A stretch of 64,000 bases of DNA from positions 9,176,001-9,240,000 of the forward strand of contig OZ038378.1 in assembly GCA_964036045.1 (NCBI GenBank), read 5' to 3'. Positions 1 through 12,800 of this stretch are shown here, one piece after another (the stretch's first letter is position 1; each line of letters starts with the position of its first letter). The notes under the pieces were generated by a model that saw only the letters and a list, made by a program, of their open reading frames with translations, was not told the origin of the DNA and searched no databases. Source of the DNA: Eutreptiella sp. 'Long Island Sound 2002' (Eukaryota > Protista > Euglenida). The position numbers and the translations under genes were made by a program.

Positions 1-2399
1 GATAGTGGCGAATGGATTTCGCCATCCACTCGGGCTTCTCTGCAAAAAGCAAACCTCCGAATGGGACAAGAACGGGCGGAGGATGAAATGTATCCCACTA
101 AATTGGGGGCTTATTGCGTGCACAGCGCAGGCTGCACAAAGGTTGTGCAGTACCATACTCAAGCTGCATAGTGGTGCCTAGTACGAGTAACAATGAGCCT
201 TGTTATGCATTTATTCGGGGCCTTTGCGCTGTGCAGAAACGCTCCCATTGAACCCCCCAAACTGGGGAAGAGATGGCATTCCAGTAGCCATGCGTCGCAG
301 CCGGGCACCGTGGCCCCGAGGATAGAGAGGCAGAAAGCAAAGGGGAAGTGCTAAGGCCACGGACTGCAACCCCACCTGTGGGGACACGTACAAAAGGGAA
401 ATAGTCCCGATCTCAACCCCTTGGCCACTTGGGGGCGCTACAGCAAGATGTCCCACCGCTGCTCCATCCAAGGTAATCAGTACTTTTGTGATCATGAATT
501 TCCTTGCAGAACAGGCCTGGATATGTGAGTCAACAGAAGCAAGTGGCCAAAAACCTACCACCACACCGAGCCATATTGTCTCATGTGGTGCAAACATTAC
601 ACAAGGGATGGACAGCTGTACACACACCATGATGGGTTCGGCCTGCATGGGGCGGTTCTGGGGGGGATGGCGGGCTCGCCACACAGAGGATAGAGTGCCC
701 GTGCCTGGGAAGTGACCCTGCAAGTGGACATCCCCAGGACCAAGAGCCACTGCTGGACAGGGTCAGTCCACCGTCAGCATGGGATGTCTTCCTGGATGTC
801 TGCCTCGGCCAATGGCGAGGGCCAAATGCCCTTCTCTGCGTGGACCCAACACAAGGTTGTGAAGCAGGGCAAGTCAGCAAGCTCTGTTGGCATAACTGAC
901 CAAGCGATGGAAATGGAGTGTTGGGAGGTAAAGCCAGGGAGTAGTAGCAGAGTAAGTGCGTTTGGTGGTGCAAGGCCAGCTTGTACCACCACCTACCAAG
1001 AGAACGGGTTCTGTGTTGGTGGTGAGAGCCTGATAGGTGCTGCCAGCTTCCCACCCCAGCAGACAGCAGCAAGCTATCCACGGCGTCATGCCATTCCCCC
1101 GCCCCCCTTTCTTCAGAAACTCAGCACAACCACCACGGGTGCACCCCACATCTGAGCCCCCCACATCACACTGTGCAAACAAGTTGTGCTCAATGTCTGG
1201 AAATGCAGCGCACCACTGATGAAGCAAGGGATCTGAAACCCTGTGGCTCTGCGTTACAATTCCAACATCAGATGTGATAGAAAATTCAAACTGATCATGG
1301 TTATGCAAATGACTGCATGTGAAACACTGGTGCAGGAGTGGATGCCAAGGGTGCCGCCATGGACAGCAGTGGACCCACACAAAGTGCACTTGAACCCCCC
1401 CCCCCCCGCCAACACCACTATTTTGCTGTGTGTTGACTGGCTTCGCCATGGTGAAACACCTCAATGGAGCAATGGGGACCATCACTGCATACACTACCAC
1501 TGTACAGTATAAACAGCAGCACTGCACACACGTGCACACACCTGCGAATGTACTACAGACCCCCCCCCAGACCGGTGACATCCTCAACAGCCGCTGTCCC
1601 TGTGGATTGGTACCCTGACAACCTGGGCCCCAACATGCATGGCTGATTGGGGTTGCAACCCGGGGCAACACGTGAGGCCAATTACCATAGCATACAAACG
1701 CTTGTGAACAGAACTGCACCCGGACAAAAATGCACGTTGTGAGGAACAGACAACAAGACTCTATAAACAAATTAAAGAAGCCCGTGATGAGTCGCCCGGG
1801 CCTTGACCAAGGAGTCCCGCACCATGCTTAGGGATACCAACTGTGTAATAGGCAATCCCGGCCCACATTCTTCCATAGTGACATGCCCTCATGCCACAGT
1901 TGGTAGTTGCCACCAGGTTTAGACCCCCCCCCCCCCCGCCCCACCAACCAAAGAGGGCCCCTAATAGTGCCCTTGCATAGAAGACGGCACTTTCGAGACA
2001 ATTACTCCATGACCTACGGAATAGGAGCTTGACGGAGATTTTCTTCGAGGCTCGGCGGCGGTTGGGGCCGGAGCTACCCCAACCGTTAAGGAATGAGGAA
2101 GCCTTCATCCTATGTCTAGACAGGTTACATGTTGCCACACTACATGAAAGAAGAGTAGGGGAGCCCCACGCATGCGAGCGGCAACATTGCGTGGGTTACA
2201 CCATGTGAACAAAATGGGGCACATTGCACTTCCGGGGAAACACCACCAACACATTTCTTCAAGATGAATGGTTAGTGTCCAATACATGTGGCATGAACGA
2301 TGTTGGAGTAGAGGCCTATGACCATACACTGCCGGGCAACCGACCCCATCCACCCACACCAACCCAATTGGCAGCCCCCCCCCCCCCCTTTCCACCTAG

Positions 2400-2560
2400 G
2401 CCCCACCGTACGGCCTTATTAGGACAACCACCCACTGCACTGCACTACCGAGACCCTCCGCAGGGCTTGGGTATGACAAACCCCCACTACAGCGCACCAC
2501 CTATGCCTTACCGCACGTCTTTGGTAGGACACACACCCACTACAAACCACTGCCCATTGC
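2400..2560. repeat. Degenerate ~52-bp minisatellite, about 3 units; same family as 4063-4210
   Basis: Recurring (a/c)ggccttNNtaggacaaacNcccactNcaNNNcact-type unit at both loci. Confidence 0.55.
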
Positions 2561-2564
2561 ACTG

Positions 2565-3040
2565 TTTGGGCTCTTTGGATGCCCTAGATGCTTGTAGAAA
2601 GCACTTGACAAAGCACAATTGTGTTTGTGCTCACCAGATGCCCTAGACCTAAAAGATGACAATGTTTGGGCTTTGGACGACTTGGACAGATGCCGACCTG
2701 CATCGTTTGGGCTCCTCGGATGCCCTTGATGCTTTGAGAAGGCATGTGGCACAACAAGGTTGGGCTCCCCAGATGCCTAGACACCAAAAGATGACAACTT
2801 TTGGGCTCTTGGACAACCTAGACACATGTTGAGTTGTCGTGTTTGGGCTTTTTGGATGCCCCAGACGAACAGTTGCGCCAAATTGCGTTCAGACTCCTCG
2901 GATGTCCTAGACGCTAAGATACCAATGACCAATGACCAAACCGAATGGCGTTTGGGCTCTTTGGATGCCCTCGATGCTAAGACAAGACCAACGGCAAAAC
3001 ATAATTGCGTTTGGGCTCTTGTGATGTCAACGCTAAGGTG
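2565..3040. repeat. Degenerate array of ~10 copies of TTTGGGCTCTTTGGATGCCCTAGA separated by variable linkers
   Basis: Copies begin near 2565, 2624, 2665, 2706, 2760, 2800, 2842, 2888, 2951, 3010; units 1-3 resemble units 4-6 (shared aaaagatgacaa linker). Confidence 0.8.
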
Positions 3041-3078
3041 TCATCGAGGACCTAGACCCTAGTCTGGGACCAAGCCTT

Positions 3079-3084
3079 CACACA

Positions 3085-3117
<33 letters not shown>
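3079..3117. repeat. (CA)n microsatellite
   Basis: Direct reading; similar tracts near 3558, 8104, 28360, 38615, 40480. Confidence 0.95.
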
Positions 3118-3582
3118 TGTCAGCGGGGACACCATAAAGTGTGCACCCCAGTGCCTGCGCGCCGGAAGCGCCCACTTGCTGCACATGCACAACTGCCCAA
3201 CAAACGACCACGCCTGCAAGGGCCTGCACGTATCTCTACGGGTCTGCTGAGGTCCCCACACCAACCCCCCACCCCTCCAGCCCCCAAACGCAGGAGGCCG
3301 AAAACACCCCCCCCTCCGTCCCCACCAGCCCCAGTTCCACGGGGGCTGGAGGAGACCGTGGCCGAGGATGTCGCCCGCCCGCTTTTCGTGACGAGGCACG
3401 GGAGAGCAAACACTCTGGATACCTAGCCAGCAAAATACAGAGGTTCTGATTCCGCAGAAGGGAGGGAAACAACGTCACAAAGAGGCCTCAGCAGACCTGA
3501 GCCAAATGAGGCGTCCAGCCCAACGCTGCACAAGGATCCACCTCTAAAAGTACAGATCACACACACACACACACACAAGGAT

Positions 3583-3656
3583 CCCCGGCTAACTCAACCG
3601 GGCTAAGCGTAGGTCTCGCAACTGAAAGGTCGTGGGATCGATCCCCGGATCGGGCA
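3583..3656 (+). pseudogene. tRNA-derived sequence (elongator tRNA-Met-like pseudogene or SINE head)
   Basis: 74 nt with A-box-like GGCTAACTCAACCGG, loop CTCGCAA, AGGTCGTGGGATCGATCCCC (B-box-like) and a GGGCA end; acceptor and anticodon stems no longer pair. Confidence 0.6.
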
Positions 3657-4062
3657 TGTCTGGAGGCGGGCGGTGGCAGCCGTGCGTCAAGGGCATCCTT
3701 TCTGGGGAAATCGCCAAATTGAGTAGGCCGTGGAGGCCGCCTCGTTGCCAGCTATGAAAGCCCCCATACACACACAACACACGGGGCGACATGGCGATGA
3801 CAGGCTCGTTGAACTATTGCCGTGGAGCTGGCTCAGCCGAAGCCACAGAGCTACCATCCCACTTCCAGGGTGGTCCTGGGGCAGCGAGCCAGGTTCTGGC
3901 CTAAGTGCATATCGCCGAGGGGCAATACAGGGATGCACCCCTGGCCTGCACCGAAGGCCTGCCATAATGGGGAGCGACCCGACCCGAGTACGCCAGTGTG
4001 GCCATACAGGTCCAACCGGGAAGACTTGGTTAAAACGGTAATCCCCCCCCCCCACACGGCCC

Positions 4063-4210
4063 CACCACAAGGCCTTGATAGGACAAACACCCGCCGCAAA
4101 GCACTGCCTAGCCCCCACAACAAGGCCTTGTGGGATGAATGCCCACTGCACAACACTGCTCAGGCCCCGCAACAGGCCTTGGAAGGAGAAACACCCACTG
4201 CACACTACAC
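4063..4210. repeat. Degenerate ~52-bp minisatellite, 3 units
   Basis: caaggccttg...aaacaccc(g/a)c(c/t)gca unit three times; related to 2400-2560. Confidence 0.65.
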
Positions 4211-5114
4211 TGGTGGTGAAACCTTCGGAACAACTGGCAAAATGCCCGAACATGCTGTTCACCGCTAATGGGTAACACTTGGTGATCTGGAAACCTCTGG
4301 CTGTGTATTAGATTTCCCACGTCAGTGGTGGTGAGCACCCTCCAAACCTCATTGTCTTGGGCAACACTTTGTGTGGAATATGCTGGCGCCAGCATGGGAG
4401 GGACGCCAATGGGCAGAAGCAGCACATGTGAGTAGCGCGACAAGTGTCCCACTTTCACGCAGTAAAAACCATTTCCCCCTTGACCGTTAGGTAGCTCCAC
4501 GGGCTGCCCACCTCAAATTTTTTTGGAACCTGCCCCCTACCCAACGCATGGGCAACCAACCCACCTATCCACAAATAGCTCAAACAGCGAACACGTACGT
4601 ACACCTGGAAGTACCAATCGGCATACTCTTTCAGCCTTTATGGCACCCCCACCCACCCATGCACTCACCTCTGCAGACCTGTTGCCACTCACGCGCAGAA
4701 TTTCTCATGATCATTGCCTTCTTGATCTCCTAGCACCCATCCCATTGCTCTCTTTCCCACCCATTGCCCCACCACATCACCACCTCCGTGTTGTGCTCCT
4801 GACCTACAACCCCCTCTCCACTGCCCTTTTAGTTCCGCCTGCTCCACAGCCTTCCTCCCTGACACCACTTGCAGGAACCCTGGACTGGTACAGATGATGG
4901 CTACCCTATCAGAAATTCTGACGAAAGAGGGCACTATGGGGCTGTATAAGGGCTTTGCTGCACAGTTTTGGCTGTCAGTTTTGTCCTCAGGGCTGCTGTT
5001 GATGGTCAAGGACCAGATTGGGGAACTGGTTGCCTTGCTGCTGCAGCGGAGGCTTGTGAAGTCATGAGCTGTGTCTCGCTATGAACGCTTGTGACCCCAT
5101 GTTTTGCCATGCAC

Positions 5115-5636
5115 CGAGGGGGACGGCCTGTTCGAATTCCCGACCCCCCCCCCCTCCAGACCCCCCCAAAGTTTTCGAACCCGTCTTTCTCCAATTTGAG
5201 ATTTTGGGGGAAAGGGTGGGCGCCAAAGGCGCCGAAATTTTTTTTTTTTTGCCCTTCCTGAGGGGGGTACTTTTTTCCCCCTATGTGTCTATACTCAAAA
5301 TACGCAGAATTTTGTGGAGAATTCAAAAATGTTTGAAAAACACAGAAAATTTTTTGACCCCTGACCTGACCTCCGGGTCTGACCTTGGCTGATGGGAGCC
5401 TGAGCTAATGGGCAAATTTTTCTGAAAAAAATTTGTAACCCATTTGTGTATGTTCAAAATGATCAGCGTGTCATGGGGATCATATTGAGGTATGTATGTT
5501 GGGGTACCCACTGACCCCCCTCTAGGGACCCCGGTGGCTGACCTGCCGACCCACCTACCCTCCCCCCCCCCTTCCAGACCCCCAAAAGTTTTCGCACATG
5601 GTTGGGGTCTAGAATTTAAACAGGCCGCCCCCCTCG
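5115..5636. mobile_element. MITE, 522 bp, ~35-bp imperfect TIRs, exact 8-bp TSD CCATGCAC
   Basis: Left end CGAGGGGGACGGCCTGTTCGAATTCCCGACCCC; right end reverse complement CGAGGGGGGCGGCCTGTTTAAATTCTAGACCCC; CCATGCAC at 5107-5114 and 5637-5644; internal direct repeat near 5151 and 5570; no ORF. Confidence 0.85.
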
Positions 5637-5845
5637 CCATGCACTGCATGTCATTGATTGTGTGCCATACCCATCCTTGTCGTTGTGCAGTGGTCTACCC
5701 GCTCCTTTTCGTTGGATGGTGAAGGCAGACCTGATATATTCTTTTTTTGTCACTCATGACAGCCTGAGGGGTTGGCGCAGTCCCGCTCACTGACCGAGGT
5801 CCTTGTGACATGCTGCCCTTTCAAACTGGCTTTGCTCCACATTGG

Positions 5846-5878
5846 ATAGTGCATAGTGCATAGTGCATAGTGCATAGT
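5846..5878. repeat. (ATAGTGC) heptamer tandem repeat, ~4.7 copies
   Basis: Direct reading. Confidence 0.9.
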
Positions 5879-8339
5879 ACAACCACACGGTCAACCATAG
5901 TGCCATCACCATAATCCCTCATCAAACATAGAAATGCTGCATCAAGCTCACGTTATGGCTCGAAACTTAGACCACGGACCCCCCTAACCTTTGAATCCCT
6001 CTTGGATGACTGCATGCTCAGGAGGAGCTCTCCTCATGCTGTTTCTGTAATTTCCACATGACCACCTCAGTGACCGCAAGCTATCCAGATCACCTGTGTT
6101 GAATTTCTGTGGATGTGTGTGGATATGTGATCTCTTCTGACTACATACCTCCTGGTTCTCATGCAGCCCCCCCCCCCCCCTCCCAGCAATCGCATCCCAA
6201 GACAACTTTGTTTGGAGAGGAGCTGCTGAAGTTGTGCGCCAGTTTTCCTTTTGCAAGTCCATGTCGGAGTAGCTGCTATTTGTGTTGGCGACTGTAGTCA
6301 AAAATGCGGCTCGGGGCTCAGTGCTACTCCTGTTGATCCTGTTGATCTTGGGCCATGGGAATGCAGTCAGGGCATGTGTGCTGCCCCTTATGTGTACATA
6401 TGGGATGGGATGGTCCCTTCTGTGCTCCCTTCCATATGCAACCCGTTCATTCAACTTGTGCTGACATGTCATTGCCGTCCATCCATCAAACTGTCTGTTT
6501 GTATTTCTTGTGTGCGTGTCTCTGTGTCTCTGTGTCAGTGTGTCTGTGTGTCTGTGTGTATGTCTATCTGTGTGTTCATTCTCTTACCCCTGGAATTTCT
6601 GATTGGGTGTCACCTCAAGAGACTATTGCTCTTTCTCTAGCCCTGAAGCGATTGTGCTGTTCTGCAACACTTGCGGTGTGGCGCTTCCAATTTTCTGTCA
6701 AATGGTCTGTTTTGCAGGGTGCATGTGCTTTTGGTTCACAGCGCCATCTTCACCACCAGGTGCACAATTTCTGTGGCTTAGCTGCATGTGCACCTGATTG
6801 TGGTGGAGGAGCTAGCCTACTCACTGAATATGGCCATCACCTTGGATCCTTGGCATTCCCTACTCAGAGGCACAAGAGTGGTTGACATTTCATGAATAAC
6901 AGTGGATAGGAACACCGTGTGAACATTTTTACACAATATGGCACATGTATCAACTTATCACCCAGCCACCCCATTAGCCTTGGAACCAATTCCTCAGTTT
7001 TTGCACAACATAAACTCAGACACAAGACTGTACTACACAATCCACACAAACCCAGAAACAAGGAACATAGTGCAATCACAGAATGCATGTTCTCGAGGTC
7101 ATGAAACTCAAGCATGGCCACGAATGGCAGTAAATGGCCGTTGGTTGTCTTTCTAAAACTCTTCTTAACGCAAAGATTCACAAAAATGTGTTCAAAAAAT
7201 TCAAAGGTTTTCAGAAAGAGTGTTGTGCCCAAGGGTTTTTTGGACCACTGCGAGTGCCAAGTGCTGGGCAGCATCTAGTGACCAATGTTATGGCTTGGTT
7301 TAAGGTGACACCACCACTGTACCAATTGCACACCGCTCAGTGTTGCTTGGTGTTTTCTCTGTCATTGTGTAACCAGTCACTGCTGGGTAAAGGCTTAAGT
7401 GGGGTACCATAGGAAAAATGCTAGTACCATTTTTCGAAGGAAAAGCTGCATAGAACCAAAAAGAAAGAACAAGAATCAACCTAATGGGCATGCCCATGTT
7501 ATTTGTCATTTGTGCATGTTTCGAGCTTTCAGCCACGAGTTGCAACGCCCAGTGAGTGTACCCTACAAACCAGTTAAAATACTATAGATTTCACAAAAAA
7601 ATATGGTTTCTGGCGGGCGTAAACAGATGTTGTGTGTGGTTTTTACCAAAAAAACCACCCATTTTGTACCAAAAAAGTCCCCGGCAGATACCAAAAAACT
7701 CCCAAAATGTAACAAAAAAACCCAAATGTACCAAAAAACGATCGTTTTGATGTTGCCGGAATGGACCTCCACAAATGCAATATGCACCAACAAAGGCACT
7801 TTTTCTACAAAAAAACGGCCGTTTTCCCCATGTATGCTACACTTGTGGACCGTTGTGTACCAAAAACCAATTTGGTTGCCCTTTTTCATACTAGAAAACC
7901 CCAGGATGGGTTACTTCGGAGTTTTTGCTTTTTCACCATTTTTTGCAACTCACACACCCCTCCTGCACCCAGGCGAAACACCGAGAGGACAGTCACATCT
8001 AGTTCCATGACCTTCCACTCCCTCTCCTACCTCCATGCTTGAAATTTGCCTGAATGGACCAGCTACATGCACTACAAGCAAAGCTAGACCTGGGCATACC
8101 TTTTGTGTGTGTGTGTGTGTGTGTGTGGGACCGGGGGTTTATCACCCCTTGATTGCCCATGCGTGGCACACAGTGCATGCTGTGGGTGCGATGGCTATGC
8201 AGACATGTGCGGAGGGACGGCATCGGCCCTTCCTGGGACCACACCTCCCTCAATTGCACTTTACGTCCTCAAAACCATGGCACCGTACATCCGCGACATG
8301 TGGCTAGCCGCGTGGGAATCCTGGCATGACAACATGGAA

Positions 8340-9760
8340 TAATGGTGGACTAACGCCAAGTCCGCGGACCTGTACCATGTATCTTGGCTACCCATGCTAT
8401 AGGTACAGGCAATGGTGTTGCCATTTTGGCAAAGATGTCCACTTCATTGGTTCGACAAATATGTGCGCGTTCCACCGCGCCAGTCACCTGGGACTCGTCT
8501 CTATGGCTGGGGATCCATTCTAGATCCGATTGTTTTTGCGACGTGTTGGCATGGACCTTGAGACGCATGCCCATGTCGGAGCACTCATTGTGGGACGGCT
8601 CACTGGCGCTCTGGGTTACTGCCTTGTTGTCAATGTGCTAACTGTTGTGGTCCCCGGACTCGCACGATGATGCGCAGTGGTCTTTTCGTGACAAGAGCAC
8701 CCGTGGCTTGATAAATGGAGCCCGCGACCTCGGGCGTTTGGAACTACCGTCTGAGAACAGGTCCATGCAATCAGATTGTGGTCTGTTAGTGTAGCAGGGA
8801 TATACCGGCAATCATCGTCGTTGCATATCCCGGTGGTACCGTCCCCCTGGAATCATCCTCATGATATAGGTGTGGTTCGGCGTAGTGGGGTGTTTGGACG
8901 GGCTGCCCATTTCTTCGTCACGTGCCATCAGCACGATGCTGCCGTCAGACCTTTCAGAGTTGATCACGTTCGGCCCCCCTTCAGCCGTTGTGGCAGCTTG
9001 ACATGGTGTGCCGTGCGTGCTCCCAGTTGACTCAGTATTCACATATAATTGCGAATGGGTACAACCTTTGCTGGCAGGGCACGCTCAAAGTTGTGGGGCA
9101 ACATGTGGGGTTTTACGCGCAGAGTGGTATGCATCAGCATCGCAAAGCGACGGCGATGCGCGCAGAAAATTTGGTGTAAACCCATCCCGCCGGTGCGTAG
9201 TGGCGGCGTGAGGTGGAGCACGCAGTGTGAATTGTAAGAATCCTTTTTTTTTGCGCTCCTACCTTCAATTACTGGGACGAACTTCAAGCACATTGTGTCC
9301 ATGACCTTGAACATGGCATAAGTGGGCAAAAGAGGGTACGCTAGGGCCATTTGGGCATGAGGACGGTGTTTAGTAGTTGGATTCACTCGAGGTAGCCAAG
9401 TTGGCGCACAAGGGGCCAATGTAGTCATCTCGGGGCTTCTGTTCCCACGCGGCGTCGGCCAGCAGATGGCCCAGGTAGTGGAAGATGTGGGCCTACGGCA
9501 GTATTGTGACCCCTTGTCATATCATCATATCGTGAAAGTGTCCCTGCCGCTTCTCAGAGCAGCACTACGGGGCGGATGTGACCATCGATATAGCCGTGTC
9601 TTCTTGGTATTCGTGCGAAGGCCCAAGACCTTTGACATTTGATAGACGCAGTCCGGAATACGCGGCATCTCTTTTTTGTCAAGCGAATTAATGGCGTGCG
9701 CAAGTATGGTGCTGTGCGGCAGCTCACGGGCAAGGGTATGGTGGAACGCTTCGTAGACCA
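8340..9760 (-). pseudogene. Non-LTR retrotransposon (LINE) remnant: 3' half of RT plus RNase H
   Basis: Across frameshifts: VYEAFHHTLARE, GLRTNTKKT, FHYLGHLL, TPPLRTGGMGL (PxxxGGLG), then RNase H motifs LFSDGSS, HIDNKAV, LEWIPSH, NEVDIFAKMA. Confidence 0.85.
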
Positions 9761-11018
9761 CTTTGAAGGTACGAAACTGCATACACCCAACATCCGGCTT
9801 TGAAAACCGGCGTTAAAAAGGCTGAAATCAGCCTTGGAAAGCATGATTTTGTTGTTTGCTACCAACTCACAAGCTTCTACGTCGAGATGAGCGTCGGAAG
9901 GCAGCAGCTCTTTCGAGCTTTCTCCAATTTCTCTGGGATTCATTTCTAACGCCGATTTTGGCGTTAGAAAATAAAGCGGAAATCACAGTTCGGACCGCCG
10001 ATGCACACGCGCGCCAATCGTCAAAATTTGTATTATCACTATTTTTTGAGTTTTGTGAACAAAAAATTGTTTCCATTAACCCATTCTAAATATCACTCCT
10101 AAGATATCCCCGTTAAAGTACCTTCTTTCATGCCGGGTCACCCGATACCTTTAATGTATATTGGGCTCACTACACATTGAATTGATTGATCTCATATCTA
10201 AGCCGTTCTTTGACGGACTACATTGCATCTAGTCTATGTCCCTTTCTTTGTAGTGTGGACTAGAAACTAGTCTTGATGGGACATTTATTTGTCATTTGTC
10301 CTTTCAAACACTTCATTTGGTTGTTGTTTCAAAGCAAAAGCTTCAAACACCATGCATTGTGTGTTCTCTCAAGTGAGCGTGTTTGTCTTTTCACCACTCC
10401 TCAATTGTTTAATGGCACAAAAGAGCAATGTTTTTGCCCTTTCACCTCATAAAACCGGGGGTAAAACGTGGTGCACCAAAGAACCATCCAAATATCATAT
10501 AACCAACTTATCTTGGCCCAAAAAGGCAATTATTGGGCAAGAGCCCTCAAGTACCTTACTTATACTATGTGTTTCACATCCTGAAGGGTAGGAGGCCTTG
10601 TGATGGTCATTCTTTACAATGTTCCCCTTCCTAGAGCTATATCGATGAACACGCGATCCGGCATTATCAGTCATGAGTCATTTACGGAAAGTGAATTGTA
10701 GCTTATTAAATCCTACTCCATCTTTTTCCTATTTCTCCCTTAAAAAACCCCGTAAATGGTCAGATTACAAACTGCGATTTACAGAGTGCAAATGCAGAGG
10801 CGACTAGGAACGCCGATTTCGGCCTTGGCATGTACGATTGAAACCAGTGTCCGAAACGACAGTTTTGGAAACAAAAAACATTTCGTGCAACAAAAGATTA
10901 ATTTTTGACACTGGCTAACGCCAATTTCGGCGTTAGCAACCATTTCCAAAATCGGCCTTTCCAACGGCGATTTTCCAAAATCGGCATTGGGGGTATTCAC
11001 AGTTTTGTACCCCCCAAA
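9761..11018. mobile_element. ~1.26-kb TIR element inserted into the LINE RT; candidate TSD CCA
   Basis: Left CTTTGAAGGTACGAAACTGCATACACCCAAC vs right reverse complement TTTGGGGGGTACAAAACTGTGAATACCCCCAAT, with similarity continuing ~70 bp; CCA at 9758-9760 and 11019-11021; internal CTAACGCC-N6-GGCGTTAG hairpins at 9946 and 10915. Confidence 0.7.
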
Positions 11019-11364
11019 CCAAACAAACTAAGCCGGCGACAGGGACATCCTTCTTTGATGCTGCGCCGCAGCGGAAATTGTGCTTCTTTGTACACGCCAG
11101 CGGAAATCGTGCTTCTCTATACACACCAGTGCTATTAGCGTTTATGTTGGACACATTGTCGTAGATCCGTGGGGGTACTTGAAATATCTCGAATCCCTTT
11201 AGCAAGCATGGCACGGGAATGCTGCAGTAGGCCTTGGCAATGTGCCAGGGTGCTTCTTGTTGCAACTTCGTTGTGCACAATGCAAAAGTATCCAAGCATC
11301 TCCGCACTACGTCATTTTTAGGGCCACAGAAACTTAGCATGCCTAAAAGAGAAATATAGAACAT
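11019..11364 (-). pseudogene. LINE RT remnant, 5' part of the element at 8340-9760
   Basis: HIAKAYCSIP...QVPPRIYDNVSNINANST (DxxKAxDS region), then frameshifted SIKEGCP...PA, which joins FVLVYEAF across the insertion. Confidence 0.8.
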
Positions 11365-12061
11365 TAGTTAGTCCAAATCACAGGACCTTCACCACAAAAG
11401 GCCTTTGGACTCGGGTAGCATGTGTATACTTCGCTATTCAGGGGTTCCTTGGGACTACCATAGGATGCGCACATTAAACAGTAAACATTTTACATGGATA
11501 GGATTGGTACTTTTGGTTCGATGTTTTCACCCAAAAACCCAACGGAAGTTTCAGTGTGCTGTGGCATGCTTCAAAATCCCCACCAACAGGCGTTGTGCCA
11601 TGCTTCTGCTGCTACTGCTTGCCCCTCTTTAATTCTACCTAGCTCGAAACAGGCAACACGCACACAACAGTCAACACACATCCTTTCCATTTCGGCCATT
11701 ACTGCATCCCACCACTTTTCGCTCTACTCTATGCTAGCCATCTGTTGCATTGACCCATGGTCTGCCCATATCCAGAATTTGAGCCTTGAGTCATCAGTGG
11801 TGGCCCAGGGAGGTGCCCCGCCAGTCCGCCATTCTGGGTCAAAAACAGCAATGCTTTGCCCCAAAGGGGGAATGTTTGCCCGGCGCGCGCCCGGCGCGCT
11901 ACTTTTGTATTAACTATCCCGACTTCAGCCCCAGATTTACCCTCCCATGGAGAAGCCCCCCAAGTAGACCACGTTGCACTGCACACCTTCCCTACAAAGC
12001 ACGTTGCAAAATAAAGCAATATCTGTGACTTCAACCACTCCAAATGTCATTTGTGTTGCAC

Positions 12062-12800
12062 TTAACAAACAACATTGGTCCCACAAGTGTGGGTGTCAAT
12101 ACATTCATTACAATAGTGCTCCTTACACTCATCACAAACTGTGATGGTGGAGCGCCTTTGGCAACACAAAACACACACTTCCGCCTCATCCTCTGCCTCA
12201 TCTTGCGTGGCGGCCGAGTTGCTTTGGTCAGTCCAAACCTGAGGCGGGACATGCTCCCATGGTCCGTAGGGGGGGTGACGGACTTGCCTTCGGATGCAAA
12301 ACTGAGTGAAATGCAACAAAATGCGGACTGACTGGTGCAACTCATTGGGGCCGCCACGCCAGATGTTCCTAACCAAACCCCAATGCCACAACCGAGCAAA
12401 CAGCTGCTCAATGCGTGCCCTGTACCACCCATGGACATCGTTGTAACCTTGTTGGCGGGCTGTCAAAGTGCCATTCTTTCTTCCAATGAATGGCACAATG
12501 ACATGAATCCGGCCTTTATAAGCGCCATCATGGCCCCCAACTTCAAAATCAAAGAAATCCCCTCGGGTACGAGAAGGTCCGTACCCATCCCAAATCAAAA
12601 CATCTGCTGATGTCCCGGGGGCCAAGGGGCAAATCCATACAATGTTGCCCAACATATCAACGGCAACAGTGACCTTGTAAACATCCAGAAAAAAAATCGA
12701 AACAATGACTCACGGTCGAGGAGCTCGGGGTGCCCGTACTTCATCCAAAATTCCTCCATTGTTTCGGCATCTGCACCCATCCGTGCAACTTCAATAGCAC
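12062..12800 (-). pseudogene. DDE transposase (IS5/Harbinger DDE_Tnp_4-like) C-terminal half with B-box-like Cys/His finger; N-terminal part deleted and frameshifted
   Basis: YKVTVAVDMLGNIVWICPLAPGTSADVLIWD, HDGAYKG (2nd D), VIVPF...LTARQQGYNDVHGWYRARIEQLFARL (E), then CVLCCQRRSTITVCDECKEHYCNECIDTHTC. Confidence 0.85.

Noticed and set aside
1980-2330. LINE C-terminal remnant (LLHDLRNRSLTEIFFEARRRLG...CERQHC)
   Set aside because: Protein-like but has no diagnostic motif.
4270-4500. Gypsy integrase or LINE endonuclease remnant (LSRYSHVLLLP...EVWRV...FPDHQV)
   Set aside because: Fits both families weakly with wrong spacing; the apparent continuation is a satellite. Left unassigned.
7560-7960. 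MITE with repeated TACCAAAAAA motifs
   Set aside because: Repeats are real, but no TIR pair or TSD could be defined.
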